DNA of 64,000 nucleotides from Gekko japonicus (Eukaryota): NCBI RefSeq assembly GCF_001447785.1, contig NW_015164185.1, positions 689,002 to 753,001 of the forward strand, read 5' to 3'. Shown piece by piece: positions 36,209 to 48,772 of this stretch (position 1 is its first letter; each line of letters starts with the position of its first letter). The notes under the pieces were generated by a model. It saw only the letters and a program-made list of their open reading frames with translations, ran no database searches and was not told where the DNA came from. The position numbers and the translations under genes were made by a program.

Positions 36209-36879
36209 GGAGCTGGCAATCTGCAGGCCAAGATGGTAAGCAACCTAGTCTAGCAATGGTATATTTTGCTAAGTCTGTTGCAGCAATAGAGCCCACTGCT
36301 TGTTTGATTTTCCAGTCTGTCTAGTTCCACTGTTATAACGTGTGGTGAGGGAGACATCTATATTAATATTCATGTCAATGTGAACAAAGCCCACTTTCTA
36401 TTCTGATCCATATTCATTCTGGGAAAGTCAGCCATCCATCAACCCTGTACTAAAGGAGCTGCTGACTTAAACTTTATGTGGAGAGAATAGAGAAGGGCCA
36501 ACAATATGGGGGCTGGTTGGCCGTATCACTGCATTCTTAGCATTTAGTGCTAGGATGTCGAACTCATTTGTTATGAGGGCCGGATCTGACATAAATGAGA
36601 CTTGTCGGGAAGGGCCATGTGTGTCATAATTGTTACACAGAAGTTGATAAACAATCTTCTCAAGGTGACTTCTCTTTGCAGTGGCTATATAATATAATGC
36701 TTGACCATGTGGATTGCCCCTTTTATGTATCCATGATACATTCTTTTTTAATTTTGTGATTAAAACCTGAACATTATACACAGACATCATAATCTGCAGC
36801 ATAAGAAATATAAAAGCATTAATCAGTTGAACTCATCCTATTCCAAATCCAACACTATCATCATTATACACATGACCAG

Positions 36880-37195
36880 ACCTGAAGCGGGGGCTTTGAA
36901 GATGACTTTAGTGGTTGGGTAGTTTCATAAAGGAATAGGTGGTCCTCCAGGTATATTGCTCCCAAACAATTTAGGGCTTTGAAGGTCAAGACCAGCACCT
37001 TGAATTGCATCCGGAAACTGTCGTGCAAATTTGGCTACACGTGTTTATATACCTTGGTGCTTAGTTCTTGGTAAGGGTTCTGTACCCTAGGCCGTGTAAT
37101 AATGTATGACAGCCCACTACTGGAGTAAGAGGCACTCTTGGCCATATCTGCCGCCTGCTTATCAAGCAGTAGGCCTGAGTCCAAAAGCACCCCCT
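36880..37195 (-). mobile_element. Decayed L2 LINE fragments
   Basis: tttagggctttgaaggtcaagaccagcaccttgaattg and GVLLDS.L-like remnant. Confidence 0.5.
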
Positions 37196-39968
37196 TTTTG
37201 AATAAATAAACAATAAATACATTCTGCAAGAAATCTTGCCATGATAACATGTTTATTAATGGTGACAATAGTATGGAAGTTCTCTGCTCCACGAGACAGC
37301 AGCTTTGGTTTAACTAATTTATGAAGTTACGAGACAGCAGCTTGGGTTTAACGAATTTATTTAATTAATTGAACTGATCTGCATCATAAATTAAATATGT
37401 TAACATATTGCAATGGACAGGCTGTGCTAGGCAGCCTCCCTGTGGCTGCCTTCATTGGCAGACCCACCTTGACTCCAAACACAGCCAGCACCTTCTGCCA
37501 ATGCTGATCATCACCTACACACAATGTGCTGAAAGGTGCCCATCCCCTTCCCCTGATGTGCCAGTGCCACACAGCCACTACCCCGTTTGGAAAGATGTTG
37601 CTCAGCACCATGGGACACTCCTTCCCAGCTGCACCTTGACCCGCAGCCAGTGATGTGCTGTTCTGTACATGCCCTGCACCGCTTTGGATATCTCTGGGTG
37701 CTTGCCAATCAGCCCTGCCTATCCAATCCCTGCCAAACTAATTGTGGCCTACACAGTCAATGACCAACCTTCCCCACAATATCATGAAGCAGGCGAAAAA
37801 AGGCATCCCCGACAGCCAGTTAGGGGGATCCCAAAATTTCCTGTTTGGCCCCAATGGTGACTGACTAATCCCATGATAACCCAAAGGGAGGGCAGGTGGG
37901 TCAGCAGCCAATAGGAAAAGCCTGATGGGGGAGGCACAGCTAGAATATAACTTGGATAGCCACAACTCACTATTGGCTGCTACAGTTTTGACACCCAATA
38001 GGGCTTCATGAATCATGCCTTCTTTGAAACCTAATGGGCCAGGGCAAACTGCTCCCTGGCATTAATGCCGAGAATTCAACACGATTAGAGCTAATCACAA
38101 CAAAGTTTGCAGTGGTGAAGAGAATGAGTTGCACTGTCACATTTGTAGATAATTGTCCCCCCCCCCCGTCTTGTGACGAATGTCCAACATGACAATATTT
38201 GAAGATGATTCTTACTATCATGAGGTTAACTACCGCACTGCAATCCTGTGACATTTTCCTGTGAGTAAACCCCATTGAATAGACCTGAGTAGTATTCTTA
38301 GTAGACCTGTTTAAGATTGCACTGGTACATCTCTTGTACTGATCCCATAAGGCACTCCATCTACTTGACTTCAAAGAAAATATTCATCAGATACTAAATG
38401 ATAAATTTTACTTTGCACAAAACACTGAGTCCTCTCACTTTCTTGATCAGAAACAATAATGAATGTCTTCCTTTAGAAATTCAAATACCAATCCCATATT
38501 GTATTACCTATAAATGTCAAGGCTGTAATTAAGAAAATTTCTATTTACCAGTAATTTTAATAGCTGATGTCAACGTTGATTTAAACAGAAAAAAAATCGG
38601 AATACATTCAGCTCTTCAAAAGATAGGTTTGGAATGTTAATTTAAGTAAGAACAGTTCTTGCAAACATGATTAAATATAGCCTCAAAGACAACAGCTTGG
38701 CTCACCTCCCCCCCCTCCCCCGATAAAGGTATTGGCAGCTAAGCAGGACTTAGACGAGTAAAGACTAATGGCACTGTACAAAGAACTGGGAGGTCCAATG
38801 TACACAGACTGCCCTGCTGAAGTATACGTGAAATAACCTTTTAATGCAGAGATGTTTTAACACAAGACGATCATGTGCACTGAAAGCTTGCGTGCATTCT
38901 GAAGCTACTGGATTGTGACCACAGATGCTGGTGTAATACATGCACTCTGGAGTACATACATATTTCATTCCTTTAAGTAGCTGTTTAATTATTAAAATAA
39001 AAGTCTCTCAAGCAATTTCCTATGTTATGACAAATAGAATTCTTCAGTATTAAAAGTGAGAAATATCACTGCTGTAATTGTATCTTTTTTGGCCAGTATT
39101 TTGTTTGTATGTTTTGCTGAGAACCAAGGGACAACAGGCAAGCCTATAAAACACTTTCCTCTATTCCTTCTGCTATCCCACCTGTCAGTCTGACCAGGAA
39201 AGCATCACAGCTTCATGAATCACAATACAAATTAGAGTAGATTAATGTCAGCACGTAATTTATTATTATTTTTTTTAAAAGCCTGCCTGTAGTTCTTTCC
39301 TCCCTCCCTCTCTTTTGCCTCCATCCAGACAGCAGGAGCCAGAGAAACTAGCTACAAGGAGGCAGGTCTCCCACTATGAGATCCAAGGGCATAAAAGTGC
39401 TGGAGATGAGGCATGCTCTTCCATGCAATCTCCTCCTGCATGCTTGATCAGCATACTGCTCCCAGTGCAGTACCTTTTCATGAATTGCCTCAGACAGGAT
39501 TGGAAGGGGAAGGAAGCTTGGAGCCCTGGCCTGGTCCAAAAAAGTAGTCTGTAAGAGCAGCTTGTGGCAAACCAGGTACGCTTTCTTCATTCCAGAACAG
39601 TTGTCCTGACTGGAGGCAGCCAAGTTAATAAACAGCTTCCATGTTGCAAATCCTTTTTAAAGTTTCAGTTGAGTAATTCCATAACAGCCTTCTGTCCTTA
39701 TTCTAGGAAGAAAAGAAAAAATATTGTCAATTTCTCCTCTACAGCTTCTCTGTGGAGGTATCAGTTTCACCACTGCTCTTTATTGCCTTTGTGCAAGATG
39801 TTGCATGTCCAACCATTTTTTTCCCAGATACCACACATAAAAGTTCTTGTTTTTCCCCAGACAGAAATTAATTAGGGTAACATCAAACATAAGGAAAGTC
39901 CATGATACCAGTCAACATTAGCAAAACTTCCATATGCAGGTCAGAAATCAAACTGAATTGATTAATGG

Positions 39969-40300
39969 AAGGTAAAGGTAAAGGTTTCCCTTGCTCGAAA
40001 ACTAGTCGAATCTGACTCTAGGTGCTCTAGGTGCTCATCTCCATTTCCAAGCCAAAGAGCCAGGGCTGTCCAAAGATGTTTCCATGGTCATGTGGCTGGC
40101 ATGACTAAATGCTGAGGTGCACGGAATGCTGTTACCTTCCCATTGAAGTGGTACCTATTTATCTACTTGCAATTTCTTACTTTCGAACTGCTAGGTTGGC
40201 AGGAGCTGGGGCCAGAGATGGGAGCTCACTCCGTCATGCGGCACTAGGGTCTTGAACTGCCGAACTACAGACCTTCTGGTCTGCAGCTCAGCATCTTAAC
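39969..40300 (-). mobile_element. Sauria SINE
   Basis: (aaaggt)n tail, equal to (ACCTTT)n on the sense strand, and diagnostic body gtcatgtggctggcatgact...gttaccttccc...gtacctatttatctac...ttcgaactgctaggttggcagga. Confidence 0.9.
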
Positions 40301-40962
40301 TAATAGTTACTAATTGTACCAATTGTTTAAATTATTATGTTTTTTTAAAAAAGAAATCCTTACTTCCTAGTAATGGCGTTTAACACATCATCTTTTTCTC
40401 AAATGAACTTCCCTAGAGTTTCCCTGCTAACTTAAACAGAAAGCATGCAAGATAAAAACCTGCAGTTTTAAAAACTGGAAAATATCTAACTGTTATAAAA
40501 CACAAAAAGTGCTTAAAGAATACCATATTAGTTAACATTAATCTAATATGTTGGGAAAAGGGCAATCAAGTGCACAACTCCATTTATTTCAAAGGGACTA
40601 CTACTGTGTATTGGATTACTCGGACCAGCCTCAAATTTAGCTTATGTTATACCATTTTATGTTTTAGAAATTGTCTTGGTGAGGCTTGGCATTCCTTGAG
40701 TGGCCTGGGAAATGTGCAGCGGCAGTGTGAATCATGGCAGTGCGGCTCATGGCAGTGCATTGGTGCAGCCAGGAGCCTTCAGGCGGCAATGTGGTTCTCT
40801 TGTCAGTAGTGGCCCTGATGCTACTGGCAGTGGCAGTGGCAAGGAGTCCTGACGTGGCTCTGGGTGGTTGTTCAGTGGAGGTGACCTAGTTAGCTAGTGG
40901 CAGCCATTTTAGGTCACTCATTTTCCAACTGTATAGGCCCGGCTTCAAAAACTAGAGAGGTT

Positions 40963-42362
40963 ATGGCATCCAGGAAAGGGCAGGGCAAGTCTAAGGGGAA
41001 GGGACCTGTTCGAAAAGGTACTCAAAATGTTGTGCCAGCCCCTCAAGTGGCCCCTTTATGTTCTGAAGATGAGGATGAGATGTGGGAGCAACAGATAATT
41101 TTGGAGATATTGGCAGCTCTTGAGCAAGCCAAAGGAGCTGCGGCAGCAACCCCTGCTGAGTCTGAGGTTAGGCCTAGTCAACGTAAGGAGAGACGTGCTG
41201 AATGGAAAAGGTTCCGGGATGAGGTGCTCAAACGTTTATCTTCCATTGCGTCTAGACCCAGTGAAGGTATGAATGTTGACGGGTTGCTGATGGGTTGATG
41301 GGTTGCTGATGATGTTGATGGTGCTGATCTGGTGCCATCTGGAGCATCTGGTTCCGATGACTTTGCAGCAATCGTGGTGGCCGATACTGAGTGGCCTGGT
41401 TCCAGTGGTAAGGATGACATGGAGGTGCAGCAGAACATGTTTTGGCCATGGGGACTTTGGGGACCAACACCTGATATGACATTAGTCAGCCCTGGGCATG
41501 GAGCCCACCCCCTATGGGCATGCAGGCCCCTTGGGGTACCTTTTCATCTTCAGCAATGGGTATGCCAGCTAGTCCCTGGGCGGCTAGGGGTTTCTCCCCG
41601 CCTTGGGCTAATCCCTATGCGGCGGCGTCTGCAAAGGCCCTTTGGTGATGCAGCCCTGCCCCTGGGGGACCATCTTTTACCCGTAACCAGGGAAGATTTG
41701 TAAAGGGGATTATGTCGATGTCTTCAGCCTTCTTTATCATGAGATGGAAAAGAAGGATAAAGAGGAGCTGGATGACAAGGACAAGGAGGTACTGAGGAAG
41801 AAAAGAGTGGATCGGACCTGGGCCAATTGGTTGCCTGGGTTTATTATTTATGCAGGAGTGATTTCACAGGCTCAGAGTTGGAAAGCCGCAGCGCTGTTCC
41901 AGTATCTGGACATCATATATAAAGCCTACACTGGCTTTACTGGCCCGGCCTGGCTCCAATACGATGAGGAATTTCGTATGAGAACTGCTATGAATCCTGC
42001 ACTCCCTTGGGATCAGATTCATCCTCATCTCTGGTTGCAGCTCATGTCCCAGGCAAGGCCCAATGTGGGTGACTGATCGCACTGTGGGCATATGGTGCAA
42101 AACCTGCCAGCTGGTTTTAGTTCTGTCTCCCATGGGCCCACGGGGCAGGCGATTCAACCCCACTTGCTTTGCTGGGAGTTTGGCTCCCAGGGGGTTTGCA
42201 GCAGAGAAACATGAACATATAGGCATGAATGCCCATTGTGTGGGGGATCCCACTCTTTCATGGCATGCTCCAGAGGGAAGCCACGAAGGAGTGAGCACCA
42301 GCAGGGTGGAGGTGGTTCCTCCACTTCTGCAGGAAAAGTGTCCCAGCCCAGTTAAGCTCTAG
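40963..42362 (+). pseudogene. gag-like ORF1 of element 2
   Basis: MASRKGQGKSKGK, PFGDAALPLGDHL, VDRTWANW, WLQYDEEFR and decayed zinc finger. Contains stops and frameshifts. Confidence 0.85.
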
Positions 42363-43925
42363 GCTTTGGAGGGTTGGTTGAGTCGGTACCCTAACAAGGA
42401 GGATGGAATGCATTTGTTAGAAGGTTTTAGGTTGGAATTTCGCATTCCATTCATGGGTTTGAGAGCCCCGTTTTTGGCTCACAGTTTGAAGTCTGTTAAG
42501 GGCATGGAAGCGGTGGTGCAGGAGAAGATTGCCAAGGAAGTAAAGGAGGGCAGGTTCTTAGGCCCCTTTTCAGTGCCACCATGTCCCAATTTGCAGGTTT
42601 CACCTTTGGGTATAGTGCCTAAGAAGGCACCAGGTGAATTTCACCTGATTCACCACCTTTAATACCCTCAGGGAAAATCCGTTAATGACGCCATACCAGA
42701 TCATCTGTGCACGATGAGGTACACTTCATTTGACCAGGTGGTTCTTATTGTACGATGCTGTGGTCATGGGGCAGAGTTGGCGAAGTTCGATATTAAATTG
42801 GTGCTTCACCTCCTCCCCGTGCATCCAGATGATTTTGAGCTGTTAGGGTTTTCTTTTGATGGCCCGTATTTTATGGACAGGGCTTTGCCCATGGTATGTT
42901 CTGTGTCATGCGCCACTTTTGAGCGCTTCAATACATTCCTGGAACGGGCACTCTGGGTCAGGATGGGTCTTCAGGAGGTTGCTCACTACCTGGATGACTT
43001 CCTTTTCATGGGTCCACAGGGAACTGGCAGATGTGCTCAGCTCTCGTGGGGGTTTACTCAGCTGGCTGAAGAGCTGGGTGTTCCTTTGGCCCATGAAAAG
43101 ACAGAAGGTCCAGTGCAAAGGTTAGTCTTTTTAGGGGTAGGGTTAGATACTGTAGCCCAAACATCTCGTTTGCCCCTGGACAGGGTTGAGGACTTGCAAG
43201 TCTGGCTTTGTTCATTTCTTAGGAAAAGGAAAGCCACCTTCAGGGAACTGCAGCAGCTTGCAGGGTATCTCAACTTTGCCTGCAAAGTTGTGGCTCCATG
43301 GTGGGCCTTTGTGAGGCAGCTCTGCGATGGCAGGCCTGTGTCTCCTGCATAGCAGAGTGCGCATTAACAATGAGATGCAGGCCGACCTTGACATCTGGCA
43401 GGAATTCCTGGACCCTTTTAATGGAATCTACTTTGGGAGGGAGGACCCAAAGCTTGAGGCAGAACTCCAGGTCATTTCCAAAGCAGCTGGGTCTCAGGGG
43501 TTCGGCATGTACTTTTGAGGCCACTGGTGTGCTGAGGAGTGGCCAGGAGAATGGGTCTTAGCTGGGGTTACTAGGGACCTCACATTCTTATAGTTCTTTC
43601 CCATCTTAGTGGTGGTTTGGCTGTGGGGAGGAGTTGAGAGATCACACTGACCACTTTTGGTGTGACAATTTGGGGGTGGTCCATGTGATCACTGCTCTTA
43701 CATCCAAATCGCCATGGTTATGAGGCTGGTCCATGTCTTCACACTGTGATGACTTCAGCTCAACACATTGTTTTTTTGCTAGGCACGTGCCAGGGATGAA
43801 CAATGGGGTAGCTGATGCTCTCTCTCGCCAACAGATGGTGAGGTTTCATCAGCTTGCACCAGAGGCCGATCTTCAGCCGGTAAGAAAAGCTCATAGAAGG
43901 AGCTCTGGCAGGTTGGAGGGCTGAG
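42330..43925 (+). pseudogene. RT/RNase H (pol) of element 2
   Basis: SPLGIVPKK, AKFDIK, HYLDDFLF, LGVPLAHEKT, WCDN, HVPGMNNGVADALSR. Confidence 0.9.
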
Positions 43926-44813
43926 GCTTGCAGGGTGATAGGCCTCGCCAGTGCCCCAAGCACGAGGAAAGGATATGAGCGAGCAGTTCACCAGTTCGAT
44001 GTCTTCGGATCTGAGGAACGTTATCCCAAGGTCTGGCCTATTCCTGTGGAGCAATTGATCCACTATTGTGTTTCATTGAAGGAGACTGGCTTAGCTTTCC
44101 ATTCTATCAGGGGCCAGCTTTCTGCTCTGGCCTTTGCTAGCAAAGCCTTGTGCTTCACTGAAGTCACCAATGACTTCAGAATTAGGAAGATGCTTGAGGG
44201 TTGGGCACGCGAGGCTGGAGCTAGGAAAGACGATAGGTGCCCCATTTCCTTAAGGGATTGTGAGTGACCTAGAGTGACGTTTGCACTTCAGGTTTTGAGG
44301 CATGCTTTTTTCATGCAGCCTCTTTGCTGGCATTTTTTTTGGGCTCTCTGGGTAAGTGAATTAGTGGCCCAATCTAAGGCTGACCAGTCTGGGAAAGCCT
44401 TGCAGGTGCAGGATATTCAGTTTCAAGGTACTGGGGTGCAGGTTACCATTAAGAGCTCCAAGATGGATCAAAAGCATAAGGGATCCGTGATTAAATTGGG
44501 TATGTGTTCCGATAGGGAGCTCTGCCCAGTTTTGGCCCTGTCTCAGTACTTGGCTTTGCGGGGAACAGCAGCTGGCTGCCTCTTTAGGCATGAGACTGGG
44601 AGTCCACTGACCAAACATCAGTTTTGGGCAGTTACCGCCCAGACTTTGGGAAAGTTGGGCCTTTCCAGGGTGAACTTTGGAACTCACTTGTTTTGGATTG
44701 GTGCTGCTTCCACTGCAGCTTCCCTGGGCTATTGAGTGGCTGATGTTCAGTGTGTAGGGCGCTGGAGATCATCTGCCTATAAAGGTTACGTGTGTTCCCT
44801 TGCCATGCTGTGA
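43910..44813 (+). pseudogene. Tyrosine recombinase of element 2
   Basis: WPIPVEQLIHYC, FFWALWVSEL (degenerate catalytic-Arg box), SKMDQ, CPVLAL, THLFWIGAASTA, GRWRSSAYKGY. Confidence 0.88.
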
Positions 44814-44857
44814 TCTGTTTCTTGTTGGGTTCAGTGTTCACTGTCTTCTCTTTCCAG

Positions 44858-46122
44858 TTGCTGTGTTCTGTGGCAGGAGGAGAAGGATTCTCATCTGCAG
44901 ACACAGCTTCATTTTCTGGGCAGCTCACCGAACAAACAGATCAGCCATTGTCTCTCAGTTGGGCCTTAGTCGATGGGCCTCGGTTGAATGGAGGGGACGC
45001 TGGGCATGCCTTCTCCACCTTCTGTTTGGAAAGAGCACTGGCTCTCCACCCGATGTGCTGCTTATCCACCTGGGCGGCAAAGACTTGGGTTTCTTGAAAG
45101 GGAAGGCCCTAGTTTTGCAGGCCCAGGATGATTTCAATTTTATTCAGCGCCAGTGGCCAAATACAGCTATTATTTTGTCCGCCATGATCCTGCACAGAGA
45201 ATGGCGCAGCACTTTGTCATGCCTGCAGTGCAGCCCGACCCCATAGACCCTGACCCCGGGGATTCTGCGCCCTCAATGTTCGGGGGTGAGCTCCATGCAC
45301 CCCTTGAATCACCAGACCTAAGTCCTGTGGAGGATCAGCACTAGCTACCAGGAGAGTTTTCACCTGGAGCCACGCCGGCAGAGCCAAGCAAAAGTACCAC
45401 GCCTCCTGACCCCCCCCCCACCGGTGGCTCGTTTGCAAGAACAGAGGTAACGGAACATGGCAACCCGGCATAAGGAGGCGCGCATGCGAGGTCGGCATCC
45501 TCTAAGCCCAGAGTATTGACTGGAGCCAGGACCCTGTTAGCAGCTGGTAATTGGCTAACAAGCAGAACGGGATTTTTACGCGGCTCTCTCAGATCCCCAA
45601 CTCGTGCTGGCAACTAGTCTCATAGATGACTCACTGAACCCCAGATCCTGCGTTCCTTTCTCCTGGTTTTCATCCTGACTTCTTGGCTCCTGACTTTGAC
45701 TTGCATGATATTGTTTCGCCGGCTCCCTGACTACGGACTGTGTATCCTGACTTTTGACGAACGGCTTTCGGCTTCTGAACTCTGCGCGCAACCTCCGGTA
45801 ACCCTAGACTGCGTTTTGACTTGGTATTTTGGACTCTACTCACGTTACTCTATCTTATCTGGTGCCCTGACCTCGGACTGGGTTTTGGTCTTTCTGTGCC
45901 CTGTCTGGCCCACCAGCGCAATCGTGAAACACTTTCGATCCCAAGGGGATTGAAAGGGCTCGGTGGAAGGCAAACGGGGAGATTAGGCATGTTTTGAAAG
46001 TTGGGTTAGGCCACTATTTGCCACACCCCCAAATCCGGGATGATTTTATAGACCTTTACAGGGGTGATGGTGTTCACCTGTCAGAAAAAGGGAACAATAT
46101 TTTTCTGCAGGATTTGCGGTAA
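44858..46122 (+). pseudogene. SGNH/GDSL-like hydrolase ORF of element 2, split by a solo LTR
   Basis: ILICRHSFIFWA and LLIHLGGKDLG. After removing 45215-45934 the frame continues WRSTFDPKGIERAR...LYRGDGVHLSEKGNNIFLQDLR. Confidence 0.85.
45215..45929. mobile_element. Solo LTR (Gypsy-like), ~715 bp
   Basis: Termini TGTCATG ... CGTGAAA (one change from CGTGACA), perfect 5-bp TSD CACTT (45210-45214, 45930-45934), CpG-rich with short gact repeats. Confidence 0.85.
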
Positions 46123-46403
46123 GGGCTGTTGGCAGTTTTAGGGGTGTAGTGGGTGCAGGAGTCTAAGCAGAGGCTTGACCCTTGTGGTGGCTGAGTTTTG
46201 TTTAGGAAAATTTGTTGCAGCTCGGTAAGCACCTATCAGCAACCCTGTAGGGGGGAGGGGTCTGTCAGGATCATCACTGTGGCCTTGTGGCCAGGGATGA
46301 GATGGGCAGACTGCCTTTTGGAGTGCCTTTGATGGATACACTACACAGCCTGTGCAGCTGTGGGTGAGGGATTGTCATAACATATTCCATAGCTGGGCTG
46401 CCT

Positions 46404-46603
46404 GGGTTCGAGCCGCTTACAGCAGGCTGCCCCCGGGGGCCAGGTGCATTGCCCGTCTTATGGCAAGGTTGAGGTTTTTACTGACCTCAGGCCTTGACCA
46501 TGCCGCTTCATACTGTTAGCCCTTGGCATTGTTTTGCTAATAAAGTGACCTTTAGTTTCCCAACTACTGTTGTATGACCCTTTCTTCCATCTATGGGGGC
46601 AAT
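46404..46603 (+). repeat. Ngaro split direct repeat B1
   Basis: Aligns with 46877-47081, contains AATAAA, ends gggggcaat. Confidence 0.9.
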
Positions 46604-46876
46604 CCGGCTCCCCAACAGACGCTGAAGGCGTCCTGCTGAGAGCCGACTTTGCCTCCATGAAAGGAGGGAGGAGTTTGGCTGCGTGCAGCCAGATCCTTTA
46701 GGGGCAGAGCCAGCACCATCTTAATGGCTGGCCCTTGCCCCACTCAGGCAGTCTTTGCCTCATGCTCGGCTCACTCGCCTGCCCTGGAGGTAGTGCAGTC
46801 TTTAGGCTGTTTGCCCCTTTCGATAGGGGGGCCAGGTAGGAATTTTTTACCTCTGATCCGATTGGCTATGGATGGG

Positions 46877-47081
46877 GGGTTCAAGCCATTTACAGTGGGC
46901 TATGCCCCGGGGGCCAGATGCATTGCCAATCTTATGGCAAGGGTGGGGTTTTTACTGACCTCAGGCCTTGACCATGACGCTTCATACTGTTAGCCCTTGC
47001 CATTGTTTCGTTAATAAATAAAGTGGCCTTTAGTTTCCCAACTACTGTTGTATGTCTCTTCTTTCCGTCTATGAAGGCAAA
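46877..47081 (+). repeat. Ngaro split direct repeat B2 (3' terminus)
   Basis: Second copy of B1. Confidence 0.9.
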
Positions 47082-48772
47082 TGGTAAAATGCAGTGGGCT
47101 GGATCCAGGGCCAGTTTCTGTTTCTGAAAAGTGGGAATTTTTCATCTGTTTTCCCATCTCATCAAAGACCCTGAATTCAACCCTTATGTCATTTTCCTAT
47201 CATGGGAGCTTCTGCTGCTTGTAAGTAGACAACCTGTAGATGTACGAACTGTCAAAATATTTCTGCATGCACACTGACATTGTGGTTCAAATAAAAATGA
47301 CATGGTGGATTTATAGTGTCCCCAAGAGAGTTTTGATTTTATATGTGAATGTGGTCATGGGGCAATATCTGGCAAATGTGCTGTGTGCGCAGTTGCCCCA
47401 TGTGTTTCAATGAAGTGGTACAGATCACCCTATGTGAGTGTGCATGTAAATTTATTTCTTTCATTGAAATCAGTGGGGAAGCACCTAAAATTCTTGAGGT
47501 GGGTTCACACAAAGTATCTAAAACACAACGAAACTAGCAATCAATTGTTGTGGAAATGCAACTGTAGCACTTGTCAGTATAAACTAACCCTGTATAAAGT
47601 CTGCTGAGTGCCCCTTACCAAGGCGGAGTAGAATGTTAAAAAAAAGTTAGCTGGAATGCAACACAAGGTTATTTAAAAACAAGGAATACAAAACAGAGTA
47701 CTTACTTCCTAAAAAAAGACAGTCAGTGGTTAAATATACAGAACAAAGATTTCCCCATGCACAGAAGCTTCTGGACTGGCCCAGAGAGATCACAAAAGAC
47801 AAAGCCTTCCCTGGATCTCTGAGAGTCAGTGCTGAAATGGAGCTTCTTGCCTTCTTTTATACCATATTGGTCACATACATTTCGATAGAGCTATAGAAAT
47901 TTTAAACTGCATCAATTAATCTAACTTCTTTGGTAATGTGGGCCATCATGGCATAGGCAATGTTCCCACATTCCAGAGGCAATGGGGTTACCCTGATGCT
48001 TTAGCAAAACAATGCAAGATAGCACCTAAATTTCTAAATGACAAACACAAGAATGTTACAGTTTCAGGATGTTCTTTGTTTTCTTGAAGCAAGGTAGCCA
48101 GCCAGGCACTGTCTCCTGGCTGGAGGTGTGATGTGAGTTTCGGCATGTAGGCAAACCTTTAGTATTGCAAATATTCTGGCTTCCTTAATGGCAGGTGCCT
48201 ACCAATCTTTTATTTCTAAATGTTTCCAAATTCTTTAGATTCATGAACAATGTAGGTGAATGCAAATGTTGGTTTCTGTGTACGTGATGGAGGAAAGGTA
48301 TCTCTTGAGACAAAGGACTAGCAAATCATGTTGGGAGTCATGTTCACTGTGCTGCTTGCTGCTTGGAAAGTTACAGAAATAGAGGAGAGAAAAACACTGA
48401 TTTCTTTATAAAATTAACTGCATAAATGGGTTTTAAATTTTCTGAACCAACTGTTTCATTTTTCTCACAACATCAATATTAAACTATAACATAGTGCAAC
48501 CTGCTGAAAGATAATCAATCTCTTTAAAGAGTAACTGGTAAAATGTCTTGGTGTGTCACAATGTTTCTATCTGGTTTCTAAAACCTATCAAGATAGACAA
48601 GGATGGACGACAAGGGGAGGGTGTTCCATAAATTTGGTACCACTACCAAGTAGGTTCTAGGTCACCTCAGAAGACCTGCAGATCTGGGTCCCCAGTGAGA
48701 ACAGCCAATGGGGCTGTTTAATATGAAACCAAGTGGTCCTTCAGATATCCTGGTACCTATTTTGGGTCTTAT

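Larger units (their letters stand above)
40670..47081 (+). mobile_element. Ngaro-type tyrosine-recombinase retrotransposon, element 2 (5' terminus apparently missing)
   Basis: gag, RT/RNase H, YR and SGNH in order, followed by two ~200-bp direct repeats separated by a ~270-bp spacer (split direct repeat arrangement). Confidence 0.9.

Noticed and set aside
24583-47081. Classification of the YR elements as DIRS1-type
   Set aside because: No inverted terminal repeats or internal complementary region were seen, and pol ends after RNase H without a methyltransferase. Split direct repeats and an SGNH ORF fit Ngaro.
40670-47081. Active or domesticated YR element genes
   Set aside because: Both elements carry stops, frameshifts, nested insertions and mutated catalytic motifs (for example HSFR reads HSFH or HLFW).
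47600-48475. Possible additional solo LTR (similarly ~4320-5230 and ~21840-22450)
   Set aside because: Composition is LTR-like, but matching termini and a TSD could not be established.
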